In this document: piece after piece, positions 19,567 through 30,545 of the stretch
Position numbering within the stretch: the stretch's first letter is position 1
How the letters are laid out: each line of letters begins with the position of its first letter
DNA from: a virus
Lineage: Duplodnaviria > Caudoviricetes
Reading direction: 5' to 3' (one strand)
Length of the DNA stretch: 64,000 nucleotides
Virus record (IMG/VR): IMGVR_UViG_3300042561_000440
Coordinates: 363 to 64,362 of that record
Notes under the pieces: generated by a model
Seen by the model: the letters and a program-made list of their open reading frames with translations, nothing else
What the model was told of the DNA's origin: nothing
Database searches by the model: none
Position numbers and translations under genes: made by a program

Positions 19567-22469
19567 GGATCAACCAGTTCAAGGGCTGGGCCCCTGCCTT
19601 CTCTCGATACCTCTTGCCAGTTGGCGGTGCGGTCGAGCAGGTCAATGCCACCTGCCTGACGCCGGGGCAACTCACCATTCGGGGCGGCAGCAAGAAGATC
19701 GCCAGCACCCAAGACAGAATGATCGAAATGTGGGGCCTCTCGGTCGGCTCCACTCAGACCGATGTGATCCTCGCCCAAGACGATGACGGCAAGATCGTCC
19801 AGTTCTCTGGGATCGGGGGCACGGTCACCCAGAAGACTCTCTACACAGGGCAGTTCTCTGGCCAGCACCCCGTGTCGTTTTCTCAGGGCAGGCGAGGGGA
19901 AATCTATTTGTATCAGGGCTTTGGCCGCAGAGGGCTGGTCAGAACCTCTGATGGCAAGGTCCGTCCAGTAGGGCTCGATGCCCCGGCCACCAAGCCCACG
20001 GTGGTGATCGACTCCACGGTCAGCTACTACTTGGCCAGAATCGACATCATCGATGCTGGCAATGGCTACAACATCCCGCCCTCTGTCTACATTGGCGAGC
20101 CCGGATTGGGAGGTCGGCAGGCCAAGGCCATCACCAGAATTGCCGATGCCCAAGTCTCGGAGATCGAGGTCACTGACGGTGGCTCGGGCTACACCAAGGC
20201 CCCGTGCGTCAAGCTCACCGACACCCCCAACGGCCCTGCCACTGGAACAGGTGCGGCTGCGGCACTGGAGCTAGAGACTGGCTGTGCCAATGGCGACCCG
20301 GAGACTGGCATCGTCTATTGGGAGATCAGCCAACTACCCACTTGGTTCTGGCTGTGCTTGAGCGAGTACGCCCGGGAAGGCAAGGGGATCATCGTGCCAG
20401 CAGTGGGTGGTTCTGGCACAGGGGCCAAGGCAATCTTTTGGATCGACGGCCTCTATGACGGCAACTGCTACAAGCAAAACTCAGACGGCACAGACCTAGA
20501 GAACTTCGGGGTGCGTGTTCAGGTCTACGACTTTGGTCAAGGCTACAAGCCAGACGATGTGGTCACCGCCACCATCAAGACGGCTGGGGCTTTTCAGGCT
20601 GGATTTGGGTTTAACGGCCCCCGCTGCGACACGGTGCAGCAGTGCCAAGTCAAGGCCGAAGGGATTGGGCTCTACCACCCCAAGGCCCCCGACAAGCTGA
20701 CCATCATTGACTCCAATTCGTACAAGCAGCGGAAGCTCAAGACCGTCATCACCAAGGGCGGCTCGGGCTACCTGACACCGCCGACGTTCGTGACTGAAGA
20801 TGGCGACATCATCAACACGGAAGTGGATTGCAACGGCTCGGTCACCAAGCTCAAGGTGGCCCAGCCCAACAAGCTCTACTTGTTTCCCCCCAGACTGCTA
20901 GACACCAGCGGGGATGTGGGCGGGGCTACTGCACTTGCGATTGTCCGGCCCAACTTCCGGGGCAAGTACCAGTGTTACTACCGCTATGTGGATGAGAGCC
21001 TCACCAAGGAGCAGGGTGGGCCGATCTACTCCAACCTGTCTCCGCTCACAGAGGTGGACTGCGGGGAAGCGGCGAAGAAGCTGACTTGGAGCAACCTGCC
21101 GTCTGCGGCTCAGGCCACCCATGTGGAGCTTTGGCGGTCCACCAGCAATCAGGCGACCACCCTGTTCCGCGTGGCCAAGCTGCCCATCGGCACAGACTCC
21201 TATGTGGATGAGCTTTCGGACTACGACCTGACCAATGCCGACCGCAAGGACTTTGAAGGCCAGCCGATCCTGTTGTCAGACGGGCGGCTGAACATGAACC
21301 GCTACGGGGTGGCCAGCACCGACTTTGCCGTGGGCGTGATCTTCCAAGACAGGACGTTCTTGGGGGTGGACACAACCGGCAAGCGGCCCAACACCTTGCT
21401 CTACTCAGAAGCCGACGCCCCAGAAGCTATCCCAGAGATCAACGAGCTAGTCTTGCAGACCAACCTGCGAGACACCGACTACATCACAGCTCTGATTCCC
21501 TATGCGGGAGCCCTGATGGTGATGCAGTCCCGGCACTGCCACCGGCTGAACTTCGTGAACCGCCCTGAACTCGATGCCACCTCCTCTTTGGTGGCCTACC
21601 GGGGCTGCCTAAACCAGAGATGCTGGGACATCTGGCTCGGGACCGCCTACATTGCCGACGATTGCGGGTTCTACACCCTTGATCCGCAGGGTCAGGTAGA
21701 GGACATCTCGGCTGCCATCTCGACCTTGTTCCGCACCAACACCGACCCGACCCAGCCGACCATCGACTTTGCCAAGCGGGAGTGGTTCTTCGTCCGGGCC
21801 GACAAGGATCAGGGCTTGATCCGGTTCCATGTCAGCTTCACCGGGGACGAGGGTACGTTCCCCACCCGGCAGATCGTCTACGACCCGGACTCCAAGACTT
21901 ATTGGCTAGAGCAATACCCCTATGTTTTCTCGGCAGCCACTCAGGTGCGGGCCAGCGACGGCTCTATCCAGATGGTCACGGCCAGCGAAGAGGCCCTCCA
22001 CATTTTCTCTGTGGGCCTGACCGATGACGGCATCCCCGTGGACTACTCGTTCCGCACTGGGCACATGGCCTACGAAACAGACGAAACTGCCAAGAACGGG
22101 GGCCAGCAGCAGAGCCGGAATGTCTCGGTGGTCTACCGGCCAACGGACTCTAGCTCCGTATTGAAACTGGCCAATTACTACAACGGCTCCAATACCCCCA
22201 GAGCCAACGTGGCCATGAGGGATCGAGGGGTAGGTTTTGTCCACCAGACAGACGAGCCTGCCGCCACAGTGGATATGGTCAAGCTGCCCCACCAAGAGGC
22301 CGAGTCCCATGGTGTTGCTAAGGCCCTGTTTGCAGGCAAGACCATCACCGACTTCTACGGGTCCGACTCCCATGTCTCGATCAAGCTCTACGGCCAACAG
22401 ACCGACGCCGGGCCCGTGGTCATCCACCAGATCGACGTAGCCGGGGTAGCTGCCAGCGGAGGTGACTGA
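19563..22469 (+). CDS. Putative tail nozzle/stabilisation protein (tail tubular B-like)
   Basis: 968 aa beta-rich; GxGY..P repeats; THVELWRS; LLYSE..PE..P. Confidence 0.6.
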   Translation: MRINQFKGWAPAFSRYLLPVGGAVEQVNATCLTPGQLTIRGGSKKIASTQDRMIEMWGLSVGSTQTDVILAQDDDGKIVQFSGIGGTVTQKTLYTGQFSGQHPVSFSQGRRGEIYLYQGFGRRGLVRTSDGKVRPVGLDAPATKPTVVIDSTVSYYLARIDIIDAGNGYNIPPSVYIGEPGLGGRQAKAITRIADAQVSEIEVTDGGSGYTKAPCVKLTDTPNGPATGTGAAAALELETGCANGDPETGIVYWEISQLPTWFWLCLSEYAREGKGIIVPAVGGSGTGAKAIFWIDGLYDGNCYKQNSDGTDLENFGVRVQVYDFGQGYKPDDVVTATIKTAGAFQAGFGFNGPRCDTVQQCQVKAEGIGLYHPKAPDKLTIIDSNSYKQRKLKTVITKGGSGYLTPPTFVTEDGDIINTEVDCNGSVTKLKVAQPNKLYLFPPRLLDTSGDVGGATALAIVRPNFRGKYQCYYRYVDESLTKEQGGPIYSNLSPLTEVDCGEAAKKLTWSNLPSAAQATHVELWRSTSNQATTLFRVAKLPIGTDSYVDELSDYDLTNADRKDFEGQPILLSDGRLNMNRYGVASTDFAVGVIFQDRTFLGVDTTGKRPNTLLYSEADAPEAIPEINELVLQTNLRDTDYITALIPYAGALMVMQSRHCHRLNFVNRPELDATSSLVAYRGCLNQRCWDIWLGTAYIADDCGFYTLDPQGQVEDISAAISTLFRTNTDPTQPTIDFAKREWFFVRADKDQGLIRFHVSFTGDEGTFPTRQIVYDPDSKTYWLEQYPYVFSAATQVRASDGSIQMVTASEEALHIFSVGLTDDGIPVDYSFRTGHMAYETDETAKNGGQQQSRNVSVVYRPTDSSSVLKLANYYNGSNTPRANVAMRDRGVGFVHQTDEPAATVDMVKLPHQEAESHGVAKALFAGKTITDFYGSDSHVSIKLYGQQTDAGPVVIHQIDVAGVAASGGD

Positions 22470-23098
22470 TGGCTATTAGCCAGCGGGCGGCACAGGAAAT
22501 AGCCAGCCTCCTGATTCAGGGCGGCATCCCAGCAGGCCATGCCACCGACATCGGCCAGCGGCTCCTGTCTCTGGCGGGCTCGTCCTCCTCGTCATCGTCC
22601 TCTAGCTCAGACGAGCAGAGGGTGATCGACTCCAGCACCGCCCGGTCTAGCAGGTTCAGAAACCAGTTCCGGCAACCCGAACAGCCAGCCCAAGTAGGTG
22701 AGGCCGGGAAGGATGGCATCGCAGGCCAAGCCGGATGGGAGGGCACAGCAGGCAAGGATGGAACCAGCGGCGTGGATGGCCAAGCTGGCACTGCGGGCGA
22801 GGCTGGTGCTGCCGGGGAAGCCGGGGCAGCAGGTGCAGCCGGTGCTGGGATCGACCCCCGGCTGGTGAACAACATTCTCAGGCGGCTGCGGGACCTAGAG
22901 CAAAAGGACCCGGGCGAGCCCAAGTGCGACAACTTCCAAGCCTTCGGTCAGTCCAGCCTGTGCAACATCGTCAAGCAGCAGGCCAAGGAGTTGGGCCGGG
23001 TCAAGGAGCGGCTCGACAGCATTGAAAAAACACTGAAGGCCCTCGACCGGCGGCTGGAGGCCATCGAGAAGTTCATGCCCCCGCAGGAATGCCTGTGA
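22469..23098 (+). CDS. Collagen-like/coiled-coil virion protein
   Basis: GEAGKDG/GAAGEA repeats, C-terminal coiled coil. Confidence 0.65.
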   Translation: MAISQRAAQEIASLLIQGGIPAGHATDIGQRLLSLAGSSSSSSSSSSDEQRVIDSSTARSSRFRNQFRQPEQPAQVGEAGKDGIAGQAGWEGTAGKDGTSGVDGQAGTAGEAGAAGEAGAAGAAGAGIDPRLVNNILRRLRDLEQKDPGEPKCDNFQAFGQSSLCNIVKQQAKELGRVKERLDSIEKTLKALDRRLEAIEKFMPPQECL

Positions 23099-23499
23099 AG
23101 ACCTTCCTGAAACGGGACGGCAGGCTCATCGCCAAAAATGGCAAGTTCGTGGTGGCTGACAACCCAGCCGACTGCGAATGCTGCGAGCCCCCGTGCGGGG
23201 TGTCAGCCAGTTCCGGTGGTCAGGGCGTGACGGTCACTGACTACGCCATGCCAACGCGAGGTGGGGATGTGGAGTTCCGTTACGACTCCTTTGGAATCCC
23301 TGACGCCTACAAAATCGAGGGCGGCGGGCAGGTCTTCATCGACACCGGGCCGGTTTCAGGACAGGGGACTCGGACGTTCAACAAGCCACAGGGGCTAAAG
23401 AAGGTAACCGTGACTGTTACCGGGCCCCAAGGAACGGCATGGCGGTACTTCCTTGGATGCCCCCCGGAAACCCGGGATGGGGATAACCCACTCCCATGA
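23089..23499 (+). CDS. Hypothetical Cys-containing beta protein
   Basis: CECCEPPC, YDSFGIPD...GTAWRYFLGCP; coupled to neighbours. Confidence 0.65.
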   Translation: MPVKTFLKRDGRLIAKNGKFVVADNPADCECCEPPCGVSASSGGQGVTVTDYAMPTRGGDVEFRYDSFGIPDAYKIEGGGQVFIDTGPVSGQGTRTFNKPQGLKKVTVTVTGPQGTAWRYFLGCPPETRDGDNPLP

Positions 23500-23930
23500 T
23501 TACCTGCCACAAGAAGCACCTGATCGCCCGCTGCAACGAGCGGGGCTACTTGCTATCAGAGGCAATGCCGTGCGTGGTCAAGCAGGACGGCCCGTACTGG
23601 ACAATCGACACCAGTCACCCGAGTTACCCGCATGACAGGGAGCCCCAGCCCTGCAAAGCCGGGACCGCCCTCAAGTCTTTGCTAGGGCGGGTTGGCATTA
23701 CCTCAACCCCTGACTGTAGCTGTGACGCCAAGGCAGCCCACATGGACATGATGGGATGCCCATGGGTTAGGGAGAACCTAGACATGGTGGTGGAATGGCT
23801 AGAGGAAGAGGCCATCAAGAGGGGCCTGCCGTTTTGCCGCATGGCAGGCAAGGCTCTGGTGAGGCTGGCGGTGAGGCTGGCTGAAACAAAAGCCAATGTC
23901 CCGCCCGGTCAGGGGTCGGTACATAAATGA
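23496..23930 (+). CDS. Hypothetical Cys-rich protein
   Basis: 144 aa, DCSC, ATGA coupling. Confidence 0.65.
   Translation: MITCHKKHLIARCNERGYLLSEAMPCVVKQDGPYWTIDTSHPSYPHDREPQPCKAGTALKSLLGRVGITSTPDCSCDAKAAHMDMMGCPWVRENLDMVVEWLEEEAIKRGLPFCRMAGKALVRLAVRLAETKANVPPGQGSVHK
23919..23928 (+). promoter_or_regulatory. GTACATAAAT motif, candidate late promoter heading the internal-protein operon
   Basis: Begins 32 nt before the ATG at 23951. Confidence 0.55.
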
Positions 23931-23950
23931 GATAGGCGAGGACCATTCTC

Positions 23951-24595
23951 ATGGCATTCAACAAATTCTTGGCGTACAGGTCGCAGGGCGTTAATCCGTC
24001 CATGTACAGCGACAACCGGCAAGAAGCCATGAGGATGATGGACGAGGACATGGCCGCCCGGTGGGACAAAGACCGGAACGGCTTTCAGCAGGCCATGCTC
24101 CGTCAGGCCCAGCAAGAGCGGCAAGGCAGGCTAGGCGAGGCTGCCCCAGAGGAAACCAAGAAGGACCAGCCCGCACCGCAGCAGCCAGCCCAGCAGCCCG
24201 CCCCCCACGGCAATGCCATGGGAGGTGCCCCTATTCGGTGGCCCGGGATGCACCCAGCCCATCACTTTGGTGCGCTCCAGAACATGGTTGCCTCCACCAA
24301 TCAGGCTTGGGCTAACGAGATGGACTCCAGAAGGGAGCAGGCCGAAGCGGAGCGGTCACGGCAACACGCATACGAAATGCAGTCTCTGGAGCAGCAGCAG
24401 AACAACTACCAGCAAGCTAGCCAGCAAGAGTCCGCTCAGTTGGAAAACTCGGCTAGGCAGGCCAGAAACCGCAGCCTTCTCGGGGCGGCGGGACTAGGTG
24501 GAGTCACTGTGCGGTCGGACGGTCGCGGGAACACCAGCCGCAGCCGACATCCGTTTGGCCGCAGCCCCTTTGCACGCTCACTACTGGGTGATTAA
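23951..24595 (+). CDS. Gln-rich putative internal virion protein
   Basis: Low-complexity Q/A helical composition; first of a coupled series. Confidence 0.6.
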   Translation: MAFNKFLAYRSQGVNPSMYSDNRQEAMRMMDEDMAARWDKDRNGFQQAMLRQAQQERQGRLGEAAPEETKKDQPAPQQPAQQPAPHGNAMGGAPIRWPGMHPAHHFGALQNMVASTNQAWANEMDSRREQAEAERSRQHAYEMQSLEQQQNNYQQASQQESAQLENSARQARNRSLLGAAGLGGVTVRSDGRGNTSRSRHPFGRSPFARSLLGD

Positions 24596-25008
24596 TGGCA
24601 TCTTTTGCCGCACAACAACCCGGAGCCCCTCGCTCAAACGTCCAGACCAACGGTCAGGCTGTTAATCCGGCCAGCCTTTTGTCTGGCCTCACGCGAGAGT
24701 CACAAGTGAACGCCAACACCGGGACCGCTACCGGAGATCGGGCCGTTCAGGACTACGCCAAGGGGATGCTGTATGCCAACCGTGCAGCACTAGGCCGAAG
24801 CTCGGCCACTCAGAACGCGAAGACGAACATGGAACGAATGAGCCAAGGGGAGCAAATGAATCAGGCGTGGAGCCAAGCTCAGATGAACAGATTCAAGAGC
24901 ATGTCTCAGCAGAAGTCCCAGCAATCTTCCCTTGCCCAAAGCCTTTTAGCTCAACAGATCGGTCTCAATTCTCAGTGGCAAACTAGCGTCTTGGGGATGA
25001 TGAGATGA
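24595..25008 (+). CDS. Gln-rich putative internal virion protein
   Basis: TAATG coupling, Q/S/A-rich. Confidence 0.6.
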   Translation: MASFAAQQPGAPRSNVQTNGQAVNPASLLSGLTRESQVNANTGTATGDRAVQDYAKGMLYANRAALGRSSATQNAKTNMERMSQGEQMNQAWSQAQMNRFKSMSQQKSQQSSLAQSLLAQQIGLNSQWQTSVLGMMR

Positions 25009-25466
25009 TCGGTGCCAGCCAAACTCCATTCCGAATCAAGCCGCCTCGATTGCTGGCCGACTCTGCCACCGAGAGCATGGCCAACAACGTCTACGCCTCA
25101 ACGCTCCAGCAGGGCCAGACCAAGGGCTACGACGCTCAATTCCAGAACGCTGGCAAGGGCTTCTCTGTCGGCAGCAAAGACCGGATGTTTGCCGACCAGC
25201 AGCGGGCAGCCGGTGCAGCCGAAGGGGCCCAAGCAGCAGCCTCAATTCGTGCCGATGACCAGCAGTTCAACGAGTCCCAAAAGAATGCGCATCAGATGCT
25301 CAGGGACCAAGCTCTTGTCTTTGACAAAAACCAAGCCACTGAGCGTAACAACGCCAACTTCCAAAGAATGTTTGCCAACCGTCAGGGCAAATCAGAGATA
25401 GCAATGGCCCGCCAAAGGGCTGCCATGAACCTTCGTCTTGCACTCATGTCCCAAGGACTTGATTAA
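25005..25466 (+). CDS. Putative internal virion protein
   Basis: ATGA coupling, Q/A-rich. Confidence 0.6.
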   Translation: MIGASQTPFRIKPPRLLADSATESMANNVYASTLQQGQTKGYDAQFQNAGKGFSVGSKDRMFADQQRAAGAAEGAQAAASIRADDQQFNESQKNAHQMLRDQALVFDKNQATERNNANFQRMFANRQGKSEIAMARQRAAMNLRLALMSQGLD

Positions 25467-25477
25467 AGGATCGCACG

Positions 25478-25735
25478 ATGAGTCACGTTGTAGGACTGGA
25501 CCTTGAAGACCTGAGCCCCGCCCAGCTTCGCAAGTTGCTGAGGCACACCATGCGGAACTCCATGCCCAAGGGCAAGCGTCCACCCGAGGATGACAACGAC
25601 GAAGACGATGCCGATGACGAGGAGAACGAAGACCTCGTTGACCTGCACCGGGAGAAGAAGGGCGACTCTAAGCCGCCCAAGGTAACGAAAGACGATCTGC
25701 CCAAAGACTCCAAGCTGGACAAAGAGGAAGACTGA
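25478..25735 (+). CDS. Small acidic protein
   Basis: AAGGA RBS, D/E tract. Confidence 0.6.
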   Translation: MSHVVGLDLEDLSPAQLRKLLRHTMRNSMPKGKRPPEDDNDEDDADDEENEDLVDLHREKKGDSKPPKVTKDDLPKDSKLDKEED

Positions 25736-28527
25736 TGACCCTCCCGAAGAAGCCTAGCTCTGCCGGTCGCATCCCCTCGCTCATTGCAGCTAAGAAGGGG
25801 ACTCGGGTGATCAACGGCAAGACCTTTGACATCCCCAAGGTCGATCTCGTTCGTGCCATGTTCAAGGGCTCGGATGCAGACCGTGCTGCCCTGCGGGAAA
25901 TGTGGGGCCAGCTAGAGCCCAGCCAGAAGCAAGAGCTTGCCATCTCCATGGCCAACGAGATGCCCAGTGCCACCCTGAAAGAGGGTGCCCAGCGCGGGCT
26001 TGGCGACACTCTGAGTTTTGAAGGCAAGGAAATCCTCGACTACATGAGGGGCGTTGACCTGCCCCCAGAGCGGATTGCTGTCTTGTCTGGTGACGAAGCT
26101 GCTGGAGGCAGGAAGGGGAGCGACAGTTCCGCAGGTTCTGTTGTGGATGGCAACAAGGAGCCGGGTGCTGTAGACGAAAGCATTAGGGATGCTGGCGATG
26201 AGGGTGCCACGGACGAGGTTTCGACCGAGGAGCCCTCTGATGACACCCGCCCTACCATGCAGCGGCGCAAGCTGCCGGACGGCATGGACCCTGACGCGCT
26301 GGGGCTCAAAGACCCTAACTCAGAGAAGTCCACCTCCAAGATAAGCAAGCAGACCCCGCTCCACTCCCAAAGAACAGTTTCGATTGTCGAGGTGCCGGGC
26401 CCAGACGGCAAGCCCCAAAAGACCGTGCTTGTCGAAACAGAGGGGAGATACTCTGACCCGGACATGGCCCGCGTCCGCAAGGCCGAAAGTGGCAAAGACC
26501 CGGGCGGCATGGAGAGGGTCAAGACATACAAAGACCCAGAGACCGGCGTCAGTGGCCAAGGCTACTCCGGTCGTGGCCCAGCCGACATGACGGAGCGGGC
26601 CCCGAATGACGTATACAACGACACCTTCAGGCAAATCCTTGAGGGCACCCGTGGGGAAGCCGACCGCATTGGCTCCATGTATGAGGCTCTCCGCAACAAC
26701 GACAACTTCCACGAAGACCCCCGCGTTGCTTTTCAGAGCCCACGCCAAATGGCAGAGGCCCTCTGGAGGAACGCTGATCAAGTCTCTTTCTTGGAAGCCC
26801 GCAATCCCGTCAGCCCTCTGGACCGCAGGCGGCTAACTGGCGACATCGAGAGCGAGAATGTTGGCAGCCGATACCTTGGCCTGCCCGACACCACTCCGGG
26901 CCAAGCTGCCCGCATGGCTCAAGAAGCCGGGATGCCAACCGACAACACCAAGCTTCGATCCCGAGCCGAAGAGGACATCCTTCAGACCATCGAGAAGGAG
27001 GTGGCTCTCAGGTACGGTGGCTCTGGCTGGGGCCGCAAGTATGACGAAGCTGGCAACCTCGTTGAGCCGGGGATTGGCGAATCCAACACGCCCAGCAACA
27101 TGCCCGCCGTCACCTCCGAGGGGCCGAGCAGGCTCCCCGAGCAGTCGGCAGATCAGGGCCTGTGGCAGCCAGAGCCCGACGATCCCATGTACGACAGGGT
27201 TCAGGAGTTTCGCCAAGCTGCTTACCGGCAGGGTACGCAAGACCGTGTTGGCGGCTTGCCCATGGACAATCCCGGCACCCCCGAGGGTTCGTCCAAGTCA
27301 TCTGGATTCCGAGAAAAGCCAGACAACCGCAGCCCCGCACAAATCGAACGGGACAATGCTGACAAGCAGGCCGCATGGGAGGGCCGCCGCAACTCCGCAG
27401 CGGATCGGTTCAACTCCTACTCCAAAGACAAGAACATGCAGGGGGTCATTAAGACCCGACGCACAGCCCGAGAAGTGCAGGCTGACATCAATGATGCCCA
27501 TGACCGTGGTGCTGATGACGCCTACATTGCCGGTCTTCAGGAGGAATTGAGGCAGGCCAAGATTCTCGACGGCATCACCAGCAGGATTGAAAACGTCCGG
27601 GCAAAGAGCGATCCCGCCCAGCCCACGCAAGTTGGCACAGAGGATGACGGTCAGGCTGTTAGCACCAGAGGCCGACAAGGCAGAAGGGCCGACCCACACA
27701 AGGACATGAAGGACAGGGTTCGTCTCATGGCTGAACAAGCCCGTGACGGACAGAAGGCCCCGCCCAAAGAAAATAATGCCGATGTGGCTGTGTCGGAAGA
27801 TACGGTCAATCAGATGCTTGAAGAAGGACGCCCCGGCTCCATTGACGATCCAGACAGCCCCGACTACATCCCGCCTGTCAATGCAATGGGCGAGCCGGAC
27901 GGAGGCCTGTCTGGCCCGCCAGAGCGAGCCCCCGCCCCAAGAAGCACTCCTTCTGCGGCAGCGGCAGACAATGCCACCCCTGAGGATTTGGCTCTTGAGG
28001 CATCGGCTACCGAGATCACCCCAGACCCAGTGCCTGAACCAGACGCACCGGCTACGCCAGACATCACGGCTTCTCCCGACGAGCCGGAAGTGCCACGAAC
28101 TCCAGAAGAGACAGTAACGCCCGACCCCAGCACTAAGGTGGACGAGGCTACTGTTGCCGCTGATGCTGATCCGAAGTCCACAACGAAACCCACAGCAAAG
28201 CCCAAGCAGACTTGGGGCAGAAGGCTTGGCCAAGTTGCGGGTCTGGCGGCACCAACCATTGGCGTTGGTCTGATCCTCAGGGCCATGCTGGGATCGGGTG
28301 GCAGTGCTGGTCTTGCCCAGCCTATCGGCAGTGCCGCCAATGCCGCACCGCCAGAAGACGAACTTGGGCTTGGAGGCGGCAAGGGGGGGATGCCAATGGC
28401 GTCACCGTATCCGGCTGGCGACAGCTTTACCCCAATGAGTTCTGCCGACCGAATCAAGCTCATGCAGCAAATGAATAGCTGGCAGCCAAGCTCAGGCACC
28501 CAAACAGCACAGAGTTGGAGACACTAA
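25735..28527 (+). CDS. Large putative ejection protein
   Basis: 930 aa, mostly low complexity, one hydrophobic segment near the C-terminus. Confidence 0.6.
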   Translation: MTLPKKPSSAGRIPSLIAAKKGTRVINGKTFDIPKVDLVRAMFKGSDADRAALREMWGQLEPSQKQELAISMANEMPSATLKEGAQRGLGDTLSFEGKEILDYMRGVDLPPERIAVLSGDEAAGGRKGSDSSAGSVVDGNKEPGAVDESIRDAGDEGATDEVSTEEPSDDTRPTMQRRKLPDGMDPDALGLKDPNSEKSTSKISKQTPLHSQRTVSIVEVPGPDGKPQKTVLVETEGRYSDPDMARVRKAESGKDPGGMERVKTYKDPETGVSGQGYSGRGPADMTERAPNDVYNDTFRQILEGTRGEADRIGSMYEALRNNDNFHEDPRVAFQSPRQMAEALWRNADQVSFLEARNPVSPLDRRRLTGDIESENVGSRYLGLPDTTPGQAARMAQEAGMPTDNTKLRSRAEEDILQTIEKEVALRYGGSGWGRKYDEAGNLVEPGIGESNTPSNMPAVTSEGPSRLPEQSADQGLWQPEPDDPMYDRVQEFRQAAYRQGTQDRVGGLPMDNPGTPEGSSKSSGFREKPDNRSPAQIERDNADKQAAWEGRRNSAADRFNSYSKDKNMQGVIKTRRTAREVQADINDAHDRGADDAYIAGLQEELRQAKILDGITSRIENVRAKSDPAQPTQVGTEDDGQAVSTRGRQGRRADPHKDMKDRVRLMAEQARDGQKAPPKENNADVAVSEDTVNQMLEEGRPGSIDDPDSPDYIPPVNAMGEPDGGLSGPPERAPAPRSTPSAAAADNATPEDLALEASATEITPDPVPEPDAPATPDITASPDEPEVPRTPEETVTPDPSTKVDEATVAADADPKSTTKPTAKPKQTWGRRLGQVAGLAAPTIGVGLILRAMLGSGGSAGLAQPIGSAANAAPPEDELGLGGGKGGMPMASPYPAGDSFTPMSSADRIKLMQQMNSWQPSSGTQTAQSWRH

Positions 28528-30545
28528 TGGACGGCACTTCCCAGTCTATTGACCGCATTCGCCGTGCCCGTAAGTCTGGCCAAGAAATGATGGCCGACGT
28601 TGAGCGGCTGCCTTGGCAGCTTGACCCGCATCACACTGTCACTACGCCCCATGCTGCGGGTGATACTGATGTGCCGCTGCCTGTTGCCAATCCACTCTGG
28701 CCGCGACGAGAGCCCGACCTACAGGCCGCACGCGAGGCCCAGTACCCAGAAGTAGACCCCGCCCCCGGCGAGGAAAGCCCACACAGGCAATACAGATTTC
28801 TTGATGACGTTGCCAGCGGCAGCCGTGGCGTTGACAACCGACGCTCCTTGGAAGAGGACGGGCTCGACAATCCTCTGGAGCAAGATGCCCAATACAGGGA
28901 CCAGTCCGGCCTGTCACAGCAGGACTGGGAGGTTTCCGGCGGCATGACTGGCAGAGAGCGCATGAAGGCCATGTCCGATCAGGCTATAGCTGCCGACAAG
29001 GCCAAGTTCGCCCAAGGGGAGGCCGTTGCTAAAAGAAGGGCTGCCGTCCGAGAGCGGAGCAACCAAGAGTATGAAGAGTGGATGGCTGGCAGGCCCGAGC
29101 GGATGGCACAGGCCGAGAAGGAGCGAGAGGCTCTCCTGACCAAGAAGCGTGAAGAAACCCAGAGGCAGAACGCCGCTGACTCCGAGGCTGCATTTGAAGC
29201 AGGTATCAGTGCTGACCTTTCGACAGACCCAAATTTCACCTTTGATCCAGTTCAAAAGAGAGCAGACCTTGCAGCCACCGAAGAAAACAGGGATGTGAAA
29301 AGGGCTGCCGAGTATGACCAAGAGATTTTTGAAGATGACTATGGGAATGACCCTATTGAGTCAACGCCCATGGAGGCCCCGCTGCCCGGAGAAGAGACCC
29401 TTCCTCCCTCAGTTGCTGGCTGGGCACAGAGAAGAGCCGAGCGTGGTCAGGGCGGTCTCAATGCACTGAGGGCTCGATACCACAAAGAAGTTCCCGAAGA
29501 CGCCAGAACCGGGGGGATGCACACTTTTGAGGACTGGCTTGCCCGCAATGGCATTAAGCCCGACATGCCGGTCGCAGAAGCCATGCCGATACTGAACAAA
29601 CTGTCTCCAATGAACGCCGATCATGTTGGCAGGCGGCGAGAGCAGTACGTCAGCACCATGATGAAGCGTCATGCGGATGAGCTTAAAGCCCGTGGCATTA
29701 CCCGCGATCAACTGTTGCAGGCCTATGACTACGGTGTCTCGTCAGACCAGAGCGGCGACCCGATCTTGGCTGGCTCCCGTGCCGCCAACAAGATGATAGT
29801 CAACGGCCTGAAAGACGGACGCGACCAGCAGATTGCAATCAACCACAACAAGCGGGTTGACGCACGAAACCGTGCCCGAGACTTTGGTGTGCCGCTTGGT
29901 GCAGTCCAGTTCTTTGACTCACTCCAAGCCGCCAAGACCCCGGAGGAGAGGGCCAACATTTTCGCTCTGGCCCACCGGGCTCAACCCATGATGGGCTGGG
30001 ACAAGATGGCTGGCCTGCTCATGAAGGGCGAGATCGACAACGATGCCCTGACTCAGTGGGCACAGAGCATGGGCGGGAATGCCAAGCCTAATCCACTGGA
30101 TCAGGTCGGGCAGAACGGACAGGCTATTGCCAGCGGGCCGCTAACCGCCTCCACCATGGCCATGGCCAAAGCCGAGGTGCAGAGGGAGATGCCAAACGCA
30201 AAGCCCGCCGAACAGAAGGCTGCCCTTGCAAACAAGATGCTGCCAGCTATTCGGAATCACATTGCTAGCGGTCAGCCTCTGGGCATCGAGAACATCACGC
30301 AGGCTGCCATGGTCTTGTCTGATGACCCGGCTGACTTTGCTTACCAGATTGGGCTTCCCGCCAACGACCCGAGGGTGGGCCAGCTTTACCAGCAGATTCA
30401 TGGCAAACCTATTCCTAGGGGCTGGGCTGGCACATTCAACTCAATCGGCCAGTGGTTCGACCGATTTGCGGCCCCCGGTGCCGCTCAAGCTGCCCAGCCC
30501 GGAGCAATCCCGCCCGAGGTCAAGGCGTGGGGTGGAGGAGCCTAA
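28527..30545 (+). CDS. Putative ejection protein
   Basis: About 672 aa helical; GGAG RBS and TAATG coupling at 28527. Confidence 0.6.
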   Translation: MDGTSQSIDRIRRARKSGQEMMADVERLPWQLDPHHTVTTPHAAGDTDVPLPVANPLWPRREPDLQAAREAQYPEVDPAPGEESPHRQYRFLDDVASGSRGVDNRRSLEEDGLDNPLEQDAQYRDQSGLSQQDWEVSGGMTGRERMKAMSDQAIAADKAKFAQGEAVAKRRAAVRERSNQEYEEWMAGRPERMAQAEKEREALLTKKREETQRQNAADSEAAFEAGISADLSTDPNFTFDPVQKRADLAATEENRDVKRAAEYDQEIFEDDYGNDPIESTPMEAPLPGEETLPPSVAGWAQRRAERGQGGLNALRARYHKEVPEDARTGGMHTFEDWLARNGIKPDMPVAEAMPILNKLSPMNADHVGRRREQYVSTMMKRHADELKARGITRDQLLQAYDYGVSSDQSGDPILAGSRAANKMIVNGLKDGRDQQIAINHNKRVDARNRARDFGVPLGAVQFFDSLQAAKTPEERANIFALAHRAQPMMGWDKMAGLLMKGEIDNDALTQWAQSMGGNAKPNPLDQVGQNGQAIASGPLTASTMAMAKAEVQREMPNAKPAEQKAALANKMLPAIRNHIASGQPLGIENITQAAMVLSDDPADFAYQIGLPANDPRVGQLYQQIHGKPIPRGWAGTFNSIGQWFDRFAAPGAAQAAQPGAIPPEVKAWGGGA